Source of the DNA: Sarea resinae
Lineage: Eukaryota
DNA: 20,000 nucleotides
Direction: 5' to 3'
Assembly (NCBI GenBank): GCA_026026165.1
Contig: JAPEUD010000016.1
Span: 366,906 to 386,905 of the forward strand
In this document: one piece after another, positions 10,032 to 20,000 of the stretch
Layout of the letters: the number at the start of each line of letters is the position of its first letter
Position numbering within the stretch: position 1 is the stretch's first letter
The notes under the pieces: generated by a model
Database searches by the model: none
Told to the model about the DNA's origin: nothing
Seen by the model: the letters and a program-made list of their open reading frames with translations, nothing else
Program-made: the position numbers and the translations under genes

Positions 10032-12541
10032 ATGGCTCATCAAACAAATGGATTTTCGACTCCATCGTCGCGGGCCGCCGCCAAACCACCGCCGAAGATA
10101 TGGAGCGCAAAGGATTTTCCTGCCAGTAGTCATCAGCAGTTCAGGGAGAGCAATCAGGAAGACTCTGGGTCGCCTTCCGAAGGAGCAGCGATCGTCATTG
10201 ACAATGGTAAGCTCATCGATCGTGCTATTCTGGTCATGTTCAAATCAAACCTTGCAATTGACAATGATCGATAGGATCCTCCACTGTCCGAGCGGGCTGG
10301 TCTACCGACAGGACTCCACGCATAACTCTGCCTCCTCTCATGGCTCGATATAGAGATCGCAAACTTGGCAAGACCTATACATTCGTGGGTCCAGATGCCT
10401 ACGTCGATGCAACCTCTCGGGGTCAGACAAGGAACGCCTTTGATACAGGCACGAGCATAGTAAATAATTGGGACGTCATGGAAGGAGTCTTAGACTTCAT
10501 TTTCTTGAACATAGGCGCCCATGGCCAGGACGGTGGGGTGGGATGCCCAATAGTCATGACGGAGCCTGTCGCCAACTTGGGCTATTCCCGGAAAAGTATT
10601 GAACCAAATTCACATCCTGTTGATATGGTCGAGAGACTAACCGCGATATCAATAGCCATGACGGAGATCATATTTGAGTGTTACTCGGCACCTTCCCTTG
10701 CTTACGGCGTAGACTCGCTATTTTCCTACGACTATAATGGCGGCAAGACTGGGCTTATTGTATCTTCATCACACACGTCAACACATCTTATCCCGGTCTT
10801 CGACACCAAGCCACTATTACCGCTTGCGAGTCGATTGAATTGGGGTGGGTTTCAGAACGCTGACTTTCTGCTCAAACTTTTAAAGCTCAAATACCCCACC
10901 TTTCCTGGGAAAATTAGCGATATGCAAGCCGAAGACATGGTTCGAGAGCATTGCTATGTATCTCAGGATTACGAAAAGGAGCTCAGCACCTACCTCGATT
11001 GGAGCGGCCTGGAGGATCGGGATCATATCATCCAGTACCCTTTCACAGAACAGATTGTGGTGGAGAAAAGCCAAGAGGAACTCGCGCGGATAGCGGAGAA
11101 AAGAAAAGAGAGCGGCAGGAGATTACAAGAGCAAGCAGCGAAGATGCGTTTAGAGAAGCTTGTGAAGAAAGAGGAAGAGCTTGAATACTACAAGCACTTA
11201 CAATCAAGGGCGGCTGCAGAGACGAAAAAGGAGTTCAAGCGATTGCTTGAAGCTGACGGTTTCAGAGATGAAGCTCAATTAGATAAGCGGATAAAGGAAT
11301 TGGATAAATCCATAAAGAAGGCAAGGACTAAAGATGTGGGAGGAAATGAGAATGAAGAGGAGGATGAGCCGCCATCGTTTCCTTTCCTAGATATCCCGGA
11401 TGAGGATCTGGACGAGGCTGGTCTGAAGCAGAAGCGACATCAACGTCTGATGAAGTCAAATCATGAAGCTCGCCTTCGCGCAAAGTTGGAAAAGGAGAAG
11501 GAGAAGGCTCGGATAGCCGAAGAAGAGCGACTAGATGACGAGCGACGCGATAATGACTTGGAGGGTTGGCTGGCAGAGCGAAGGGCCGTCCGAAATGTAA
11601 ATTTCCCGATAGTCACTTTGAGAAGAATCGTACTAATTTTTTCGATCAGTCCCTGCTACAGAAGATAAAGGACAGAGAACGGCTCAAGGCCGATCTAGGA
11701 AACCGAAAATCACTTGCAAGTCAGATGCGCATGAAGAGTATCGCCAACCTCGCCTCAGACAATCCGACTAAGAAACGTCGTAGGGGAGGTGATGACGACA
11801 ATTTCGGTGCTAATGATGAGGACTGGGGTGTCTATCGCACTATCGCAACTGGCGAACAGAGTGATGACGACGAGGAAGAGGATACAAATGTCGGACTCAA
11901 GAACGTCGAGGCACAGCTACTAAAGTACGATCCATCCTTTACGGAAGATCATACCATCGAGGCCCAGTCAGATTGGACTAAGAGTTTGATGCACGCCTTC
12001 CTACGCGGTCCTTGGCCGTTCAACCCAGAAAGTCAAAAGGAAATCCATCAAATACATCTGAATGTGGAAAGAATTAGGGTCCCTGAGGTTGTCTTCCAGC
12101 CTTCAATTGCGGGCCTAGATCAGGCAGGTCTCGTTGAAATAGCGGCAGATATTCTCACGCAACGGATATCCGACCCTCACCATCAATCAAGGATTTTCAG
12201 GAATATATTTCTTACCGGTGGGAATACTCTTTTTCGCGGCTTTGAGGAAAGATTTCGCAATGAATTGAAGGCTGTCCTGCCGGCAGATGCGCCGTTGAAT
12301 GTTTCAAGGGCGGGTGACCCTCTGTTGGATGCTTGGAAAGGCGCATCCAGATGGGCCAGTGGACCTAGGTTCAAAACGGCTTCTGTCACAAGAGAAGAAT
12401 ACCTTGAAAAGGGTGCTGAATACTTCAAGGTGAGTCCCATAGTAGCACCCACCCATTTCTCTCCTCTTCTCTTCAAAACTATAGTGACCCTGTCCTAACA
12501 TTTATAAGGAGCATAACTTGGGCAACGCATATGTGGCTTGA
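10032..12541 (+). CDS. ARP5: Actin-related protein Arp5, INO80 complex (749 aa); join(10032..10206,10275..10595,10656..11596,11650..12429,12509..12541)
   Basis: Has the actin-fold start AIVIDNGSSTVRAGW, MARYRDRK, the Arp5-specific charged insertion EKRKESGRRLQEQA and DDDNFGANDEDW, LNVERIRVPEVVFQPSIAGLDQAG, and the terminal EHNLGN. Four introns; total 2250 nt. Confidence 0.96.
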
Positions 12542-13163
12542 CCGGTTGCACGTTCCTGAATCAGTAAACCAGTCTCCGTATAACTCAGAAGGCTTGAATT
12601 GCGTTTGTATAGGGTATGAGCGCAAGCCAAGTATCGCATCGTGGTATTGTTGAGGTGTTTGCGTGATTGAACATCGGCGTTCAAGGAAAGACTTCATCTA
12701 CCTTATGGACATGGCGTTAGAGGTCATCTATCCTTTCAGAATCTTGTCTCAGTGGCTTATTCACGGCGACATGGTGGCCGGTAGAATATATCTTTCCGAC
12801 GTCCACTTTCATTCGTGTGGAGACTGAAACAGTCTCGATAAACATGATATTAGTATACAGTAGTAGAAAGGACGAAAAGGCAAATCTCCAATACACCCCG
12901 CAAGCCAGAGAAAAGCAATGATACCACCTAACGCCGAACAAGCCTATCCGTGGGGAAGCATCATCCATGTCTTCATTGATGTGGAGAAATTCTAAGTGGA
13001 TTGTGGCGTTGCTGTCTAGGCGTGGACGGAAGAGCCATCTCCTTTTCAAGCCTTCATGGTGATCTGCTGAAACCATGGATAAAACGTATCGTCAAAAGCC
13101 TCAGGCGGAGGATTAGGCAGCTGGCGTTGATGACCTTCTGAAACGTGACAACTTCTTCAACTC

Positions 13164-14238
13164 CTAATCGCCGGTTCCGGTTCCGTTCGCGTCTGGCCTT
13201 TGAAGCGTATCACTAGCTGCTTGAGTGAATTGTGGCCCGTCTCCATTTTTTATCCTTTTGGAAGGGTAGTTGTTGCCGATTAGGTAGGCTGCCTCTTCGT
13301 GATGATGCTTTCCACTTCCTAGGTCGGCCACTGCCTGCGCTGCTGAAGCTTGAAGCTGGCTTACTGTAGATGATCCCATAGGCGCCGTCGGTGCGGGGAT
13401 CTGCTGAAGAGGATCGGGCCGCGGATGTGGTAGATCGATATTGGAGGGAGGCTGTGGATATTCACCCTGTGCTTCGATGAGTCTCGACTGCAGGTTGATG
13501 ATGTAGTCGCGTAGTTGATAATTCTCCGCCTGAATAGCCTTATAGTTCTCATTCAGCGCATTATAATCTTTCACCTGTTCCTCCAACTTCTTGATGTAGC
13601 CTTCCTTGCGCTGGCGAAAAGCACGCTGTTTGCCCAACTTATGTAAGCATGTGCATGTCTTGCGAGATGACAACGAATTGACAAAGCAACGATGAAGCGG
13701 AACAACAATAATCGCAAGATGACCTCATCCATGACTTTACAACGACAATAATTATACGACATGCGAATGCTTACTTGAGCAGCCCTATTTTGCGCCGCGC
13801 GCTTCGATGTCGACAACTCGCGTTTTCCACCCTTTTTGCTATCGCTCCCGTTATCATCTCCACCACTGTCTGCGCTATTGCTCACGTTCATGGCACTCCC
13901 TGCGATGGCAGGGTCAATGTTATGATCGTGAGGGCTGGCGGAGCTGGATGGACCCATGGCTTCCAGAGTGTGCTGAGGAGCCGGCGGCGAATGCACCTGG
14001 GCGAGCAAATGCTCTCTTAAGCCTACAAAATCAACACAAGTCAGCGCTGATGCGCTTCGAACCGCCTTGTCTCTTGTACGACAAATCGTATAAGAATTTG
14101 GGGGTTATCTACTTTGTTCTGCTGCATTTTCCTGGTGGTTTCATCAGCACGCGTACAGTGAGGGTTGCGGGCTCCAGAACTTCGTACCTGCGCTGAGCTC
14201 TGCATTGGATGCGATGCTGGGGCTATCGCCGGCTGCAT
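13164..14238 (-). CDS. kapC: bZIP transcription factor, KapC-like (Yap/AP-1-like basic region), ~259 aa; join(14238..14188,14131..14113,14022..13775,13625..13164)
   Basis: The N-terminus MQPAIAPASHPMQSSAQ and the basic region KRELSTSKRAAQNRAAQ|RAFRQRKEGYIKKLEEQV, followed by AIQAENYQLRDYIINLQSRLIE, match Aspergillus KapC as I recall it. The 19-nt exon 2 needs a weak GTAGAT donor, so that exon is less certain. Confidence 0.85.
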
Positions 14239-14844
14239 CTTGAATGGCAGTTAGGGAATCTATATCTGGGTGTACGGACAATTTCTTCGTACTTTGAAGG
14301 ACGGGGCAATGATGGTACTCTCTTCGAGCGTGGAACAATGGAGGTAAAAGGCCGTGGGATTGCGACCGGATATGACCTAGGAATGGCCTTCGCGTCGGAG
14401 ACGGAGAAGCGAGCTTCTCGAACACTCCCTTGGTCCCTTCCGCTTTGCACCTCCCAATTTGTACTTTATGGAAGTTAGCGACAAGAATGCGAATCGTGAT
14501 ACAGATCGTGATTTCGTGTTTCGTGCGTCGCGACTATAATTTTGAATCTCCCGGCCTTCAAGTGGTATACCTAACACAAAGTTACGTACGGTCTGACGGG
14601 TGAAGCTATGTAATCAAACGCTGACAGAACTTCGTCGCTACGTCTTTAGGATGATGAGTAAGACTTCGTAAGGCAGAGCAGCGGAAAAGCCGGCCGAGAG
14701 GCGGGGCTCGGAGCAAACTTACTGCCGAGCGATGAGACCGGGTCCAGTTGGAATGGAAACGCGTACTCCGGAGTACACCGCAAAGTAAGCGCATACCTAC
14801 GTAGTAGGTAAGGTACCTAAGGTAGAGAGCAGACTTGCTCTTTA

Positions 14845-15400
14845 TATGCATATAATTAACTCTAGTAAGTTTTAGAATATAGAATAAGTACTTACGTACT
14901 TAAGTATAGGTATTTTTAAGTTTAATAGTACTAGTAGTAATAGTATTATAGGTGTATTATAACCTCTCTAAGTACTATTAATGTTTTAAAAGTGTTTTAA
15001 TTCTTTAGAAATTAAAAGTACCTCTATTTTTAGTACCTATTATTTACATAGCTATAGCCTATAAAGAACATAGTTATAATTTATATAAAGGGCACTATAG
15101 TCTGCTTTATATAGCTATAAGCTAAGCTATATTCTCTATCTCTAGTAAGACTAATTTAATAGTAGTAGATAAGATTAGCTTAGAGAATTAAGTTAACTTC
15201 TATACATTTATCTACTTCTATATTAATTAAGTCTTAATATAGTAATAATACTACTCACTTACATCTATAAGTAGATAGAATATACTATATTATACTACCC
15301 TAAGCACTATACAAACTCTAGACATACTACTATAGCTTTTATACTAGCAATGTTTTTATAAGTTTTTAGTGTATATATACTCAGAGTAGAGGTAAGAAGA
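14845..15400. repeat. AT-rich tract, probable RIP-degraded transposon/repeat relic (element family not identifiable)
   Basis: Abrupt drop in GC, very dense TpA/TAG/CTA, scarce CpA/TpG and CpG, and frequent stops in all frames. This is the typical composition of RIP products. Boundaries are approximate. Confidence 0.7.
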
Positions 15401-15572
15401 GCAACAATAAGAGCAAGCAGCAATAAGCGTATCGATAATAGCAACAACAAGACCAAAAACAGTACAATTAGACACAACAAGACTAGGATCATACAATGCT
15501 ACTATCAGTAGCAGGGCTCAATAAGCATTCCTCTATACCGTCCGATAGATCTGCAACGACCCTTAGTGTACC

Positions 15573-16381
15573 TTACACCACCCCGAGAACGTGCTTAACA
15601 CGTCTGACTTTATTAGCGTTCGCCGGGCCTTGATTGTTATGTATGTAGGCGGTCACGAAGTTCTGCCGATGAGAGGCGTTCAAGCTGGTTCGAAAGAAAA
15701 ATATCTCTTGCGGGAAGCGCTGGACCAGGAAGACGATGTCTGCGTAGTCTTTGAGGTCTGCTCTATCGAAACAGGCAGCCAGCTTGCTGGAAATTGCATG
15801 CGAAACATTGACTACCGGGTATGTACGCTGGTTGTAGGGGACGGTATCCAGAGAAGTAGCAGGCTCGTCTGGTGCGCCAAGAGAGCCTTTGGAGTGTTAA
15901 TAGGGTGGACACATTGAAAATCCTGCCTTTTGACTCACTACGCAGGATCAAATCTACCTCGACCAACTTGTTTTGGGCAATAGTTCCTTCCAGATTGATA
16001 AAGATCCTCATCACCCCAGAAACGGGTCCGGCCGGACGCAAAACTCTGAATTATCCTAGCTTATTGTAGCGGTCAATCGTACGGAAGGTCTGTTACTTAC
16101 CTGTCTAGGGGCGTCAAAGTTTGAAGGAGTGTCAGCATATTGCAGCCCACAGCAATGTCAACATCGTGGGTCTCTCGAGTGCTCCCTCGAAGATTCAGGG
16201 CGAATCCACCCATAAAGGCAAATGATATGGCACTACCAGACAAAACTCGAGACATATAATCAGCGGTCCTAACGAGCTGCGTTAAAGTCGCATTGCGGGA
16301 GTAGGCCTCAAGTTGGTGTTGCTGCTGAGAGGTATACAATTGGGATTGCGCTAGTTGAGCTTGCTGAATCTGTTGAGACAT
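15573..16381 (-). CDS. AbiEii/MenT (DUF1814)-like nucleotidyltransferase-fold protein, 233 aa; join(16381..16101,16045..15939,15886..15573)
   Basis: Two GT-AG introns (16100..16046 and 15938..15887) give an open 702-nt CDS. It contains FAFMGGFALNLRGSTRETHDVDIAV (hGG-x-DhD), LVEVDLI and SKLAACFDRADLKDYADIVFL (KL.A...R...KD..D). Exon 3 is not in the ORF track. Confidence 0.8.
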
Positions 16382-18315
16382 CTCGACAAGTGATGCTTCG
16401 ACTAGTTAGGGACAAGAATCCTGATAGTGACTTAACAAAGCGTATTGAAAAGTTGATGCCTTGTGCGACGGAGAAAGAAAAGGTTGAAGATGAAATAAAG
16501 TGATTCTCTCAAAGGTAGGTATGATAATTTATATTACCTCTTCTCCACCACCATTACCGCGAGCTTCCTCCAAGCGTTACTATTTGTGCGAATGAGCCTA
16601 TTGAATACTCGTGGACGAATAGTACGTGTTTCTCTTGAACATCTGAAACTTTAGTCGTTTGAGAAACCTATCATCAAAGGCTGGTTTTCTTTCATGTGTT
16701 TCGGGGAAGCGCCAGCTAAAGGTGACAGCTTCGCATATGGTGATTTGGTGATTGATGGTATGTTCTTCATGAACTTTGAGGGCGTAGGTATGATCCATAG
16801 TCCCGGAAAAACGCTGCAAAAAGATCAATCGGTTTCAAGGATGCGGGCCGGAGGCGTAGTTGGCTAAAGCTGCCTAGAGCTGATATTCCCGTCGCACAGC
16901 TGGGTGGCATAGCTAGCTGCTTGCCGCTCAGATCCTTCGCAGATCCTGGCTCTTTATTGCCCGCATATCCATAAGGGAGGTAATGCAACGTTGAGCCGCT
17001 TGCAATCTCGAGAGGCATCCCGATTAAGGTCTTGCCGCTTCGGATCTTCCAGTGTTGTTCAATGCCGTTTGAAGTCAACGTTTTACTAGAACGCTCCATG
17101 GAAGTCGTTTTTCTTGGATCGCGAAGACCATTTCTTCAGTCGTTTGCTGAGCTCCCACTTATTATTTTGCTAGCCATTGCGGCATTCTCGTAGAACTAGT
17201 ACAAAAGCATCAAGGTTCGGAAAGATGTTTTGAGCGATCATGTAGGCTAAAGAAAAGACCAAGAATGCGGTAAAGGGGAGATGCAGCGGGTAAAACGGAT
17301 ACTTGTTCTTGGATGCCAATGGGTGGAACAAGTCAGCCTTCTCTCCAAGCGCGCGCTGCGGCTGAAATCTTGATTAGCCTTGGATTTTTCGTGCCCTCGG
17401 ATGACGCAAGTATCGTTCCCACCAAACTTAGCATGATAGGTAATCTGTATCAAGGGAGCAGAAAGAATACTTAAAAAAAAGGAGCGTGCATTTTCGATGA
17501 GTAGCATGAAACGAATGCGATTTTTTTATCGTACAATGGCGAGAGATATTGGATACTACGCAGCGGTGCGCGTCGTCTTGGAATCGTCTATTGATGGAAA
17601 ACCCTATTAGAGCAGCTCCATACTCCGGCCAATATATAGTATTAAAATTCTGAACCTTTTCAAAACCTCGAAGCTTTCTCTTCTTTGTCCCTCTGGCTGC
17701 GAGTCTTCCCGCAATGCTTCTCTATTCTCCAAGAGCTTTTGTTAAGGCTCTTCAAGATGCTAGCCTCCATAGGAGTTGGGTCAAGGATCTCCATTCATCT
17801 CCTGGCAATCGCTCTTATTCTATTCTGTGGCTAAAGTACGTTTAATCACTCTGGCTTCCAATAGGGCTGATTTGATTACAGGTCTTCTGCTCGCTGGCTG
17901 CATTTCTACCTCGCCAGGCATCTGATACTCCATCTGGTCCCGGCCAAGATTGATGATGGCGCGTATGTCCGAGTAGGCTATTATGGTACATCGGTATTTT
18001 TGCTTGTGAATGCGTTGGATTATTTTTCGAGACGCATTGAGGCCTGAGAGGTTATTGCCAAAGGGGATATACGCTGTGAGATTCCACAGCGTAGCCATGT
18101 CAGGCGAGAACGAGTTCCAGGGAAACCTGACCGCGGTGGTAGTAAAAGCTTTTGGGTGGTTCGGGATGATGGTACCGTAGCTAGCGCGAGCTCACCGAGG
18201 ATCTGTCTATCCGACAGCCCAGACGGTAATATATTGCATCTACTCCCCATCCTTGGGATTCTTTCAAAGTAGACAGTTACAGTAATTTGAAAGATTCAAG
18301 TGTGCCATCGGCCTC

Positions 18316-19183
18316 TCAAGCACAAACCCTGTCTTCCAACCGTGGATCTAGGCTACCACGTGGACGGAAGCGAGTCGCAAACACCTCCATTGGCAACCCA
18401 GGTTTGATGCGGCGCGCTTTAGTTGACACGATCCGATCCCAAGCTTCCTTCCGGCTGAATGGGCCTACACAAACTTCAAGAAGACAGTAAGCGTCCGGAT
18501 ACGGGGCCGAAGCTCTCATCGCTTTGTTCTTTTGCTCAGCCCACACGGTGTCATTCGTGCCACTAAGATCAAGGTGCTGTTCCCCCCATTCTTTAGATAG
18601 ATCCATACCATCGACCAGATCGGTCAGGTCGACGAGTCTGTGCATGTCTAGCAAAGCCTGTGCAAAGACATCCAACTTCGGATAAGGGATCTGCATCATG
18701 CTTATCTCGAAATTTGTTGGATCGCACTCAAAGTGGCAGTCCTGTGAGGGGACAAGCTGAACACAAAGTTGGACGCCTTTGCACTTGAAACGAGGAAATG
18801 TGTGTAGTAGAGACTCAGGTTGTGGCAGTAGTGGCCCGGTCAATTCGTAGTCGTTGGTATAAGGTGTAGATTGTAAGGCTGTGGACACAAAATCCAGTCT
18901 CTCAGTAGGAACACAAACACACCAATCCTGTCAGATAAGCCTATGAAAGCATACTACCTGATCTTCTGAGTGAACTCACATGTCTTATCCGACCTGCCCC
19001 ATAATATATAAGAGCTGAAGTTCCAACTAAGCAGCAGGTGATTCCAAGATCTTCCTCTAATATGTTGATAAAAGTCTTAATCTCCTTAGTCCCATGACCA
19101 TAATAGCTTGCTATCCGGTCGCCGTTAGCATCGATAACGTTTTCATCGAGTGGAGGCAAGCTTAGGTGACTTAAGTCTGCCAT
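18316..19183 (-). CDS. Fungal hypothetical protein with a degenerate nucleotidyltransferase-like N-terminal motif, 271 aa; join(19183..18980,18927..18316)
   Basis: A 52-nt intron at 18979..18928 (GTGAGT..CTGAC..AG) joins two ORFs in frame. The product contains LGITCCLVGTSALIYYGAGRIRH|DWCVCVP, then LLHTFPRFK, IPYPKLDVFAQ and DLTDLVDGMDLSKEWG. The gene model is solid; the NTase fold is inferred from motif shape only. Confidence 0.72.
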
Positions 19184-19269
19184 AGCAACAGATTGTCTGC
19201 TTTACACCACAGCTTAGGCGCTTGCCGCAGGTGCAAGGAGATGAACCTGCTGACTCGGCGACAGAGGAT

Positions 19270-20000
19270 CCTAGGTATCTAGCATGATAAGGTTTCTTTG
19301 GTACGAAGTACTAGTGGTAGAAACCCTAGGTAGTAGAGAGTTCTTAATTCAATAAGAAAGAGTTCTAAAAAGCTAGAGAGAAGAAAAAGTAGTAAGGAGA
19401 GTGTAATAAGGTGTGTCTAACTTTTTTCTAGGCTACCTACCTAGGTACCTAGTATAGCTAGTAATAGAAACTCTAGTTAATAAAAATGTATTATAAGAGT
19501 ATATTAATTATATAAAGTAATAATAAATTAATAATATTAGTAAAAAAAGTAATATAATATATATAAATAGAGAGATATATAACCTTAAAAGTAGAAGCTA
19601 GAGAAGTAAATTTCTTAGCAGTCTAATTAATTAATATAGTTTTTAAAGAAAGCTTAATTCTCTACTAAAAAATGTAAACTTAAGTAGTAAAGACTTATTA
19701 AATTTACTAAAGGTTTTTCTCTTATACTAATTTAAGAAGTAAACATTAAGATATCTTCTTATATTAGTAAAAATATAAAATAGGTTATACACCTATAGTG
19801 TTTGTTAAGAGGTAGCAAAGATAAGTACTAGGTATTACTAGAGAAAGAGTACTAAAGAAGTAGTAGTAGAGAATGTTAGAAGGTAGCATAAAGATATAAG
19901 TAGAGGAAGGTGCTAAAGAAGTATAGTATAGAATGATTGTGTATTGTGAACTTAGAGATTCTAGCTATAGAGGTGTAAGGCAGTCAATATATAGACTTGA
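19270..20000. repeat. AT-rich tract, probable RIP-degraded transposon/repeat relic running off the window end
   Basis: Very high AT with pervasive TpA (e.g. 19480-19580), depleted CpA/CpG and no ORF of 60 aa or more. Confidence 0.72.

Noticed and set aside
15307..15492. 61-aa Leu-rich, membrane-like ORF
   Set aside because: It derives from low-complexity A-rich sequence at the edge of the RIP-like tract, so the hydrophobicity is a compositional artefact.
15685..15705. Apparent frameshift or early stop in the last exon of the AbiEii-like gene
   Set aside because: Recounting the T-run gives GAG ATA TTT TTC TTT CGA, so the frame stays open to TAA at 15575..15573.
14800..19340. Terminal direct or inverted repeats delimiting the accessory island
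   Set aside because: Only short TAGGTA/GTAGAGAG-like similarities are present, which is expected in this composition. No convincing TIR, LTR or target-site duplication was found by eye.
1..20000. CRISPR array, tRNA, rRNA, telomerase RNA template or intact transposase
   Set aside because: I saw no regularly spaced repeats, cloverleaf, rRNA-like sequence, TAACCCTAA template or transposase/RT motifs. An Rfam scan would be needed to exclude small ncRNAs.

Overview
Intron-rich filamentous ascomycete (Pezizomycotina) genomic DNA with two zones. Zone 1 (1 to ~14.8 kb) is a core gene block. In order, it holds the 3' end of the Slh1/Rqt2 (ASCC3-type) helicase, a ~606-aa disordered hypothetical protein, profilin, Got1, Ies6, a 5-exon Dad4 gene that the ORF track misses entirely, Arp5 and a KapC-like bZIP factor. 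Ies6 and Arp5, which form one INO80 sub-module, are separated only by Dad4. Zone 2 (~14.8 to 20 kb) is an accessory island bracketed by two AT-rich, RIP-like degraded tracts. It holds two intact, spliced genes with nucleotidyltransferase-like motifs. One has the motif set of bacterial AbiEii/MenT (DUF1814) type IV toxin-like NTases plus a Q-rich leader; the other has a degenerate catalytic motif. A further notable signal is a 15/17-bp inverted repeat in the intron that splits the bZIP basic region, pairing its 5' splice site with its likely branch-point region. All gene models and family calls were made by hand from splice signals, frame continuity and remembered motifs; no database searches were run.
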